From: Octopus vulgaris
Taxonomy: Eukaryota
Length of the DNA: 64,000 nt
NCBI GenBank assembly: GCA_951406725.2
Contig: OX597817.1
Location: forward strand, 74,152,001-74,216,000
Reading direction: 5' to 3'
This document shows positions 54,151 through 64,000 of the stretch, piece after piece (the first letter of the stretch is position 1; the number at the start of each line of letters is the position of its first letter). The translations under genes and the position numbers were made by a program. The notes under the pieces are model-generated. The model did no database searches. It had not been told where the DNA came from and saw only the letters and a program-made list of their open reading frames with translations.

Positions 54151-54403
54151 TGCTACAACTATTTGTTATTCACACAGGAATCATTTCCTCGGTGCATCCA
54201 TCAACAGTTCATGGCCTAAGATCTATCCACCCATCAGATCAGATCATCCTACCCTAATATAACCACTCCTTCACTCTTCTGAAGATATTTTTTCAGAAAC
54301 AGACCAGGACTGACCATCTGTTGTTAATGTTCTTGACATTGTTATCAGATATTGCTCTCAGCTATCAACACCCAAGTGTCACAACCATTCTCTCCTACCC
54401 CTG

Positions 54404-54440
<37 letters not shown>

Positions 54441-57400
54441 GTAGAAATGTGTTTGAATTGACAAATAGAAGAAAAAGTACTAAATATGTTAAAGAGTGTT
54501 TATTTATTTATTAATTATTATTATTATTATTATTATTATTATCATTATTATCATTATTATTATTATTATTATTATCGTTATTATTATTATTATCATTATT
54601 ATTATTATTATTATCATTATTATTATTTATTATTATTAATAATAGTAATATTTCAAGCTGAAATCTTCAACTTGAATTTGACAAGTGGCAACATGAAACT
54701 CAAATATTTCTGTAACTAACCTCTGTTTAAGTGTTTATCTTCAAAAATTATATATTCATTTGTTTACTTTACTTCTGCTTTTCCATGTTGGCATGGGTTA
54801 GACTAGTGGTTCTCAACCAAGGTTCATATGGCCCTTGGAGGTTCATATAAGATTTTATTGTTTAAATTTATGTGTAGGAGTGTCTGTGTGGTAAGTAGCT
54901 TGCTTAACAACCAAATGGTTTCAGGTTCAGCCCCTTTGCGTGACACCTTGGACAAGTGTCTTCTACTATAGTCTCAGGCCGACCAAAGCCTTGTGAGTAG
55001 ATCTGGTAGGTGGAAACTGAAAGATACCTGTTATATATGTATATATATATATATTGTTATTATTATGGCTGCCCCCTCATTATCGAGTATGGCCATTGCA
55101 CAAAGCTTAACTGTTACTGGTGCTGTGATCGAATGTGACTTTTTAGCCCAGCTAAAGATCTACAATGTCTTGTACAAAATTGGCAACTAAAACCTTTACC
55201 GGTAATAGCCGGCTGTAGTTGTAACTGGGCTTCATGTACCATTGCATGTCATTTAAGTCCTCCTGCCAAATTACACTCTCTTTCACATGCCTGCCAGATA
55301 TGATTAGTATGGTGTGTTACACCACCACCAGTGGCCAGGTTGTCACTCATCTGTCTCGCTTTATGACTACAAAGATGACTCTTGAGTCCAGCTTTACTGA
55401 GGCAGGGTCAAGGCAGTGCTCCAGCTTGGAGCATGATGATAAGAAGGGTATCTAGCTGTAGAAGACCTGCCCCATTGAATTTCATCTCAAAAACACAAGC
55501 AAGGAAATGTGAATGTTAAAACGATGATAATTATGATACTTTATATAATTCTGTGTGAAGCAAATGGATATTCTTTTGGTTTCAATGTTGGATATTCCAC
55601 AGATTCTTGTACCATTAATATAATCTTCAGGCAGAATAAGTATGACTATAATGTGTTAACACTGGGTCTTTGAATTACAAGAGCAGTTCATCTGATAGGC
55701 TCCTGATGTTTCCATCTACTCGATTTCATTTACAAAGCTTGGGTCAATCTGAGGTTACATGCTGTGGAAATGAACCTGGAATCTTATGATTGCTAAACAA
55801 GCTTATTTAATCACTCAACCACAGCTGTGTCTGTTATATTTATACACAGATACACCCGTAGCTTATATTTAATTCTACATATTATCTGATTGAGTTGCAT
55901 GTTAATGGCTATCATATCATACCAGCCACAGCATATATGTAGATCTATGAAATTCAGGAGTTATTCTAATAATGGGTGCACAACATGATTATTGATCGAT
56001 AAGGATGAAAAATATATGCCTGAATGTGATATTATCAATGATTTAGTACTGGTTTCTGATTATGTAGTCTGATATGTATAAATATACACACAGATGCAAG
56101 CACACACACACACACACACATTAACACACAAACATGTTTATATATGTTTATATGTGGACATTTTTGTTCCAATATGTGTGTGTACTACTATGTTTATATA
56201 TCTATTTATGTAACTAGCTATCTGCACACATACATACACACATATATATATATAATATGCGATGCATCTATGGTCACTTTTTTAACAGTACAATGGAAAG
56301 TGAATATGCATGCAAGAGTCTTGTTTTGTGTCTGTGGCTGCATGTATGCACATGCCTAACAAATGCAAAGAGATCTCTTTCTGTTTCTCTGTATAGTATA
56401 TACATATATATACGTGTGTGTGTGTGTGTCTAGGTGCTTATAAATATAACCATTTATGTGCATGTGGTAGAAGATGACTGGATTATGACATGTGAAGAGG
56501 TATAGTGATATCATATTTCAACATATTAGTCGGCTGTGATGAGACAATGCAAGTTTTTATATTGCACACATATTCAGCTGCCATAAAAATGTCTATTAAA
56601 TAAATGATAATAAACATCACAGAGAACCATCTGATCAGTTCATCTGCTTCATTTTATAGAAAGTGATCTTATGTCTATCTACTCTTGTTCATTTGACATA
56701 TTTTAAATCCTACACTCTCCATTGCTTCTCTTCTGTGGGTGACTTATTTTCATTGTATAAAGTTTCTAACTTGTCCTTTCTTAACTCCTAAATTCTTGTT
56801 CTTTCTGTCTGTAAAGCTCCCTATCTGGAGACATTTATGAATAAGCAGTTAATCCTCTATAGGTGTTTTCACATATATTTGCATGATGTCAGTTCCCCAG
56901 CATTGATTAATTTCCTGTCTCAGAGATGAATTTATGCTGGTGGCCATTGTTGACACTCCTTTATCAAAATGATAAAATCAATGCTGTTAATATTTATCTT
57001 GAACAACTGCTGCATAAAAAACATGGGCAAACTAGGAGTTCTAGATGAAAAATGTTCTGTGGAGGCCTGGACATAGTGGTAAATGCTGGGCCTTGGATAA
57101 GGTTGGACACAATGTGTGTGACAAGAAGTGAAATGAGTAAGAAGAAGTGAGGGGAGCTGGTATCAGCAGACTTTGAGAAATAGTGGCCCTAGTTGAAATG
57201 GTGAAAAGGGTAGAGCAAGGAGACAGACCATCTGTGTGTCCGTGAACTAGAGGGTGTTGGTAAGAGGCTTAATGCTAATCTATTGAGTGGCCTGTATATT
57301 GATATTTCTTCTTAATTTTAAATATAAGCATTTATTACACCAGAAAACTATTGGAGTATAAAGCTAACTTATTTCATGCTCTGATTCACTTATTCTTTCT

Positions 57401-59154
57401 TTAACATTGTTATCTTCAGAACTTAGTTCACTTCTTAAGTCTCTCTTTGTTATATTCACTTAATTCATTTTTCAAGCCTCTCTCATATTGAAGTTTCTCT
57501 CAGCTATGATCAACACTTGGCCCAGTTTCCCAGTCTCCCTCTCAGCTCCATCATAAGATTGTGGTCTCTGTAAGTACCTCTCAATACAGCATGTATCTCC
57601 TCATTGCTCTTATAGCAGTTATTGATGTTAATACCTTCATGCAGTACCAACGAGTTTCCATGTGATCACTTAATCTGTTAAAAATAACAGCTAAGGTCTT
57701 GCTCAATTCACACTATATTGTCTTAAAAAATGGGTTGGACACATTTAGTCCTGGATTCACATAGTCCTATATAAACTGATGGTAATGGAGCTCTTTTTCT
57801 TTTTTTTTTGATGATGTGAGTTGAGTTATTCAACCAACAAAACTAATTGTTTCTCTTTTAAGATGCAAAAGGTTGAAAATTCCATAGATGTGTATATTTA
57901 GTATAATTTTCAGGCAGAATCAGCCTGACATAATATGTACTGGTGGATTACAGGAACAATCCCCCCAGTGAGCTTATGTATAGTTTCCATCTCCTCAATT
58001 TTGCTTACAAGCTATGGGTCAACCTGCGATTTTAGTCAAATGACACTTGGCCAAGATGCCATACTGTGGGGTTGAACCAGGATTTCATGGTCATGAAGCA
58101 AACCTCTTCTTCATTCAGCCATACTATGCCTCCTCTAGTTACACTATGTCTGTATAAAAGATTGGATGGTCAAATCTGCTCCATTATCATATATTTCCCT
58201 CATCAGGGCTGACATTTGTTTCAGAAAACAATCTGATTAACTAGTGTACAATAACAGGTATATTCAAAATCTAAGTAAACTTTCCTTGATAACCTGCAGC
58301 TTTCCATGGCTTCATTTCCTTAATTAAGTATTATTAACATCTAATTTCTATAACAAGGTTCTGTTTAATTCTTTTATATATACTACCTACTTGTTTACCT
58401 TATTTCCCTCATGTCCGTCTGTCTGTTAAATGTTGTATATTGCTAAGATGTGAGTGGTGTGTGTATATGTATAGCAAGAGGGAGTGAGAGTAAAAGAGAG
58501 CAACAGAGAGAGTTAACATGAGAGATTCAGGATGAGTGCACATACTAGGCTTCATGGCAGGCAATGAGTAAGAATGTTGTCCACACAGTGAGAAAGGATT
58601 ATAGAGACAGAAGATGAGATGGAGTAAATAACAGTAGTGTTTGGTATTTTTTATTAATCTTTCAAATACATGCTTGTATGAGCCTCTTTGTCATGACATT
58701 TCACTGTAGTTGTAAGCAAGTGTCACCCACCGTACATAATTTGTTGACAAGAGAACTGATGACAGTATCACTGCTTGTAGATCACAAATATTGCAGAAGC
58801 AAGCACAAATATTAACAAACACAGACACACATAAATACACATGCACATAAATATGCATGCTCATACATATGTACACATCCATACACAAAAACAGATGCAC
58901 ACACACACACATACATGCACATTCATTGTATATATTTTCCCACACACACATTCTTTGTATGTATTATCTCTCTCCCCCCACACACACACATACATGCATA
59001 TACATGTAATATGCACAATTATACAATGTGTGTATGAAAAAATATATGTGTCTGTGAATAAACAGAATGCTCATTCTTCAAATTCCAGGGTAATTATGAA
59101 CTAATTATTTGTAAATAACAAATGCAAACAAACAAATAATAATGTATATATATA

Positions 59155-59616
59155 CAGGGGTTGGACAAAACACCTAACATCATAGCACCATAATTTTGAA
59201 ATATAAAACCCGTCAAAAACTTGTTTATTTTTTTGTTTTTTGATTTATTATTAGTGTTGCTTAATGTTTTGCTAAAATTGCTGTTTCTTTTCGGATGTCA
59301 TCTAAAAAAGGTAATTAAAATTCATTAAAATTACAGATCTATCAGACTTTCAAAGAGGTCAAATTTTTGGAGCTTGTATGGTAGGTGCTAGTATAATAAA
59401 AACAGCCGAAATGTTTGGTGTATCATATACTGACTGACTTGAAAGTAATGACAGCATTTGAGAAAGAGGGAAAAACTTCCTCGTCGAAACAAAACTCCAG
59501 AAGAAAACCAAAATTTTTAGATAAGGATTGTTGGACTGCCAAAGGCGGTCGTACCCCACATTAAAACAAATTTGTTGGAAATTTTTAAGTGTTTCCATTA
59601 TTTTGTCCAACCCCTG
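59155..59616 (+). mobile_element. Internally deleted Tc1 element
   Basis: TA|CAGGGGTTGGACAAAA ... TTTTGTCCAACCCCTG|TA, a perfect 16-bp TIR with TA duplication. The interior reads DLSDFQRGQIFGACMVGASIIKTAEMFGVS and KVMTAFEKEGKTSSSKQNSRRKPK (Tc1 paired-like HTH). Confidence 0.92.
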
Positions 59617-59717
59617 TATATGTGTGTATGTGCATGTGTACAATAACAGGTATATTCAAAATCTAAGTAAACTTTCCTTGATAACCTTCTTATATATTTT
59701 CTCCTTTTGTTTTTCAG

Positions 59718-60606
59718 AAGCAATACAGTCGTCTCCGGGAAGGTCTTTTAATGCTATTCTTCTGCTCAGTTGGTCTACTGTTTCTACGATTTTGTTTAAT
59801 GGGTAGCAAACCCCCAGAATTTGCCCCTTCTGACAATCCTGCGGCTGACTCAAAAAGCTTCCTGACACGAACTTTGACATTCCACTATCTGCTCTCTTTA
59901 AACTTGTGGCTGCTTCTTTGTCCTTACATTCTGAGCTTTGATTGGTCAATGAACTCTATACCGCTTGTTGAGAGCTTGGGAGATTCACGGAATATTGTCA
60001 CCATAGCATTCTATTGTGGGCTCTTGTACATTGCTATTTATATTTTAAAACACATATCACACTGCACCCATGTCACACCAGAATTGCACTCCACACAACA
60101 CAGTTCACAACACAATTCACACAATGTTACGCACAGCTCAAAGTTAACAAAAATCCATAGAAATGGTACTACAGAGTCACACCATCATCCTCCAAGGGTA
60201 CTGAATGGAACCCGAGGAAGATTAAAAAATTCTGCAGAATCTGCTAACCACCAAAACATGACATTAACTGGCGAAGACAATAGATCTTCATTAGACTGCA
60301 TTATTTTTTCATTAGCTGTCATTATTGTGCCATTTATACCGGCCACAAATCTATTTTTCTATGTAGGCTTTGTGATTGCAGAGCGTGTCCTCTATATACC
60401 CAGCATGGGATTTTGCATGTTGGTTGCCAAAGGTGCCGAAAAACTCTACTTTCACTACCATTCCAGTCGGATGTGTCGGATAGCTATCGTTGTCAATGTC
60501 ATTTGTATTTTAGTTTCCTTCACTGCACGGACATTTCTAAGGAATCAAGACTGGCTGACTGAGGAATATCTGTATCGTTCTGGAATAGATATCAACCCAG
60601 CAAAAG
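59718..60606 (+). CDS. TMTC2: TMTC2-like internal coding exon (probably exon 3): DUF1736 region and later transmembrane helices
   Basis: Acceptor TTTTGTTTTTCAG ends at 59717; donor AAG|GTAAAT follows 60606. In frame with the previous exon: KQYSRLREGLLMLFF...MGSKPPEFAPSDNPAADSKSFLTRTLTF...LSFDWSMNSIPL...PFIPATNLFFYVGFVIAERVLYIPSMGFC...RNQDWLTEEYLYRSGIDINPAK. 889 nt, leaving in phase 1. Confidence 0.96.
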
Positions 60607-61610
60607 GTAAATTTCTCTTATTGCTTTTTGTTGTTATAGGTTCCCTGTATCTATTTGGCTGCCCTATGTAGTTGCTTATCTTACTATCTTACTAAAAACA
60701 GCAACCAAATCATTTCCAAAATTCACCATGCTTCCCATAATCTAAACAGAAAGTGTAAGGCATAAAAACATTAAAATTTCAGATGGTGTAGACAATTTTA
60801 ATTATCACAACTTAACATACAATTAAAATTTCCAATGTTTTTTCTGGTTTCTGTTTAAATGTTCCTTCTTAGGAAAGTTTCAGGATTAGTAGAATAGAAG
60901 ATGACTTCCTGGTAGTAATTCCATTATTTCCTTTTACGTTTTGATTTCAAGTTCAAATCTCACAGGTGTTGACATTTCTGTTTGCCTTTCATTTCTCCAA
61001 AGTCAACATAAACAAATATCATTATAGTACAGAACTCTAATATTATAGCATTGTGCCTAACTTAGAAAACTTTATTATAAATATTATTCATATTCAAACA
61101 AAGAACAAAATGCTACATTATGAGTTCAAATCCTCCCAGAGTTAACTTTGGATTTATTTTCCTTTCGGGGGTTGATGACATAAATACAACTAAAGTAATG
61201 CGGTTGATATAATCGACTACATTTCTTGCCTAAGTCAAGAATAATAATGATGGTAATAACATTCTCGATAGTAATAACATTCTTGATCGTAATAACATTC
61301 TCGTTCTTTTTATTGAAGAGAGGGAAATTGAAGTATACCAGATTAAATTCCTTGCAGCACCAGTCAAGTACTGGAGTCAATTTAATTAACCATATCTTTT
61401 CCTCAAAATTTATGACCTTCATACAAGTTAGTTAAGGGGTTTCTGTAAGTAATGGCTCTAAGTAGATGTCTTTTTATTGAGACCTATATTTAATATCACT
61501 TTATTTATATACTCAATACAAAACTGTAAATTTTATGTTCATTGCTCCTCTTGCAGCACAAGAAATCATTTATCATTTTTTTCTTATTTTTTTCTTATGT
61601 TCTATTAAAG
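60607..61610 (+). other. 1.0-kb GT-AG intron of the TMTC2-like gene
   Basis: GTAAAT donor and TAAAG acceptor; the join restores NPAK-AWGNL. Confidence 0.93.
61253..61306. repeat. Minisatellite, 3 x 18 nt
   Basis: GTAATAACATTCTCGATA / GTAATAACATTCTTGATC / GTAATAACATTCTCGTTC. Confidence 0.85.
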
Positions 61611-61725
61611 CATGGGGAAACCTTGCCAATGTGTTAAATAGCCAGGGCAAAGAGAAAGAAGCTGAGTTTGCATACAAGAATGCTCTAAAATATCGTAGTA
61701 ATATGGCTGATGTTCATTATAACCT
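61611..61725 (+). CDS. TMTC2: TMTC2-like internal coding exon (probably exon 4): first TPR repeat
   Basis: T-rich tract plus TAAAG acceptor ends at 61610; donor CT|GTAAGT follows 61725. The phase-1 join gives AWGNLANVLNSQGKEKEAEFAYKNALKYRSNMADVHYNL, the TMTC2-type first TPR. 115 nt. Confidence 0.95.
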
Positions 61726-61803
61726 GTAAGTATTGGTCATTGCTTTTTCTTTTTTTTTATTTTGTAGGGAGATCAGCTCACAGTTATTTTCTTTAATGGC
61801 ATG

Positions 61804-61843
<40 letters not shown>

Positions 61844-62011
61844 TATGTCTACCAAATTCGCTTATACGGCTTTGATTGACCTAAGGCTATAGGGCAATAG
61901 TAGAAGATGCCTGCCCAAGGCGCCATGCAGTGGGACTGAACCTGGAGTCATGTGGTTTGGAAGTAAACTTCATAACACATAACCATGGCTGTATGAAAAT
62001 AGATGTGGTAT

Positions 62012-62208
62012 TATTTATTCACCTTTACACATGTTTCATTTGCTAATAGGAGTTACAAAATTGTACATGTAGGAAAATCATGCAAGATATCTCATTAGAA
62101 ATTTTTCAAGAATTTTCTAATAGGATATATCTTGAGCATGTTTGTCCTACATGTACAAGTTGCTAACTCCTGTTAGTAAATGAAAATATATGTAATGTTG
62201 AATAAATA
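62012..62208. repeat. Long imperfect palindrome of about 200 nt (foldback)
   Basis: The left arm TATTTATTCACC..TTTCATTTGCTAATAGGAGTTA..TTGTACATGTAGGA..ATTAGAAAATT aligns with the reverse complement of the right arm. Confidence 0.88.
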
Positions 62209-63419
62209 GCTGTAAATTTTTTTCCAATCTCCAGTTTTTATATGTAATTACTCTGAAAATTCTATTTCCCAGTATTTTTTAAGTTCTGAGTTCAATCCTA
62301 TTCAAGGGTGAAATATGTTGGAGAAGAACCAGGGCTCTGTAAAATCACTTATATATATATATATATTTGTTAAATGTCTTTTGGTTAACATTCAACATTA
62401 GTGGTTAGAGGTTTCCAGTGGGACAATCACTGGTTCAGTATATTTATAAGAGCATATTCATACTGGTTTTTAGCCTAGATATACTATATCCCTATATTTT
62501 TGTAAGATGTCACTAAAAGGGTTTGAACCATGAAGAAGAGAATCTGATTGTGGGGAAAAAAAAACTAAAAAAAAAAAATACTACCTCAAAAAGTCCTGCC
62601 CAAATTATGCCAGCATAGAAAAGCAGACATAAAAACAAATGATGTTGATGATGATGAAAGACAAATATGATGATCATAGCAGTGGTGACAATGATGACGT
62701 CAGTCTGTGTGTGTGTGTGTGTGTGTGTGTAATGTCTAACTGCATGTTTTGATATTGGTAAGATTAAGATTAAATATCACGTTTTGCCTGACTGCAATAA
62801 AACTGAGAATCTGGTAAGCTGTTTTGTTGCCAGTAAGTTGAGACAACATTTCAAGATCATAATTGTTATGATCACGATCACAACCATCATCATCATCATC
62901 ATCATCATCATCGTCAACAACACCTCCATTATCATCACTACCCACCACCTTCATCATCTATAATCACTGTCATCAATACCACTGCGAGCAGCAGCACCAC
63001 TACCACTAACATTACCACCACCACAACCTTCATCATCATTGATGGAAGCAGTTGTAGAAGCTTGTATAAATCTGCTGCAAATCCTCACTAAGAAATAACA
63101 TAGTCCTCTGGTATTAATTACTACTAAGAAAACAAGCATTGGTGATGATGATGATGAATATAGAGGGAGGGAGGGGATTATGATGTAATGGGGATGGTGG
63201 TAGGATTGATCAGAGCAAAAGTTGATTAATGAGAAGGGAGGACAAAAAAGTAGAAGATGAAGAAATGTAATGGTAACAAAATATGATACCAACATTGATC
63301 TAATTAATCAGCAGAAAGTAATTAGCATCAGTAAATATTTGCTTACCACTCTTGTAAATAATATACCCAATGTCCTCGTGTCTTCAGACACTCTCAAATG
63401 TAATGTTGGGTGTGTGTGA

Positions 63420-63454
<35 letters not shown>

Positions 63455-63680
63455 AATGTATATACTTAAGCATATATATATATACCAACCAATCGTGGCC
63501 GATGCCAGCCTCCCCTGGCACTTGTGCCGGTGGCACGTAAAAACCACCCACTACACTCACGGAATGATTGGCGTTAGGAAGGGCATCCAGCTGTAGAAAT
63601 AATGCCAGATCAGACTGGAGTCTGGTGCAGCCTCCTGGTTTCCCAGACCCCGGTCGAACTGTCCAACTCATGCTAGCATT

Positions 63681-63940
63681 TAAGGGTGGTCGTGCACATC
63701 TTTACATTTCCAATCACCCTGCAAAGCCATTAAAAATCAATAGAAGTGATTTTTGGTGAATTTTCTATCCAAACCCCCATCAAAATGCCTGAAACTTGAT
63801 ACGCCAATTGAATGCCAGCTAGCTGTATGTGATTGGTCAGAGATTTGGAAAGTACTCGCGTGTATGTGCACACGCACACACGCAGCTGTATATGCATGCA
63901 CTAGCACTATGACCCGGCAACGCCGGGTCATAGTGCTAGT
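63681..63940 (+). mobile_element. Probable Helitron-like non-autonomous element 3' part
   Basis: It begins where a family C SINE breaks off and ends with the GC hairpin CCCGGCAACGCCGGG followed by CTAG|T, the canonical Helitron 3' signature. Confidence 0.6.
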
Positions 63941-64000
63941 ATATACTAAAATGGGATATGTAGAGAGAAAAGAGCTATTAATAAAATAAAGTTAAAATTA

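Larger units (their letters stand above)
41558..59717 (+). other. 18.2-kb GT-AG intron of the TMTC2-like gene
   Basis: GT at 41558 and AG at 59716-59717; the flanking exons join in frame (..IFKQ|KQYS..). Confidence 0.88.

Noticed and set aside
57000-57300. Possible old minus-strand CR1-like remnant resembling 1515-1940 (also 48830-49340)
   Set aside because: Similarity was too weak to align confidently by eye.
59751-60671. 306-aa ORF as a stand-alone gene
   Set aside because: It is an internal exon: the frame opens at the 59718 acceptor, and the tail after NPAK is intron read-through. The same applies to ORFs 41018-41578 and 61535-61729.
1-64000. Prokaryotic-style novel system (operon, defence island, retron, phage)
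   Set aside because: There is no gene-dense region; the spliced gene, SINEs and microsatellites show animal intronic DNA.

Overview
AT-rich, microsatellite- and SINE-dense animal genomic DNA, not prokaryotic. The SINE families resemble those I recall from Octopus, so a coleoid cephalopod origin is inferred. The only host gene I can support is a + strand TMTC2-type protein O-mannosyltransferase. Three internal coding exons have canonical splice sites and a continuous reading frame (40936-41557, 59718-60606, 61611-61725). Its first coding exon and most TPR exons were not found, so most or all of the rest is probably intron. That sequence holds at least four tRNA-type SINE families, CR1-, RTE- and L1/Tx1-like LINE remnants, Tc1/mariner, piggyBac-like and hAT-like MITEs, Penelope-like termini and a Helitron-like end. 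The most notable observations are: a SINE 3' tail matching the 3' end of an L1/Tx1-like LINE in the same window, with tail swapping among SINE copies; a CpG-rich to CpG-depleted transition near 27-29 kb; an exact 52-nt duplication of the exon-3 branch region ending in a cryptic AG; a mariner built from two 5' ends; degenerate hammerhead-like motifs; and long hairpins. All calls were made by eye and repeat boundaries are approximate.
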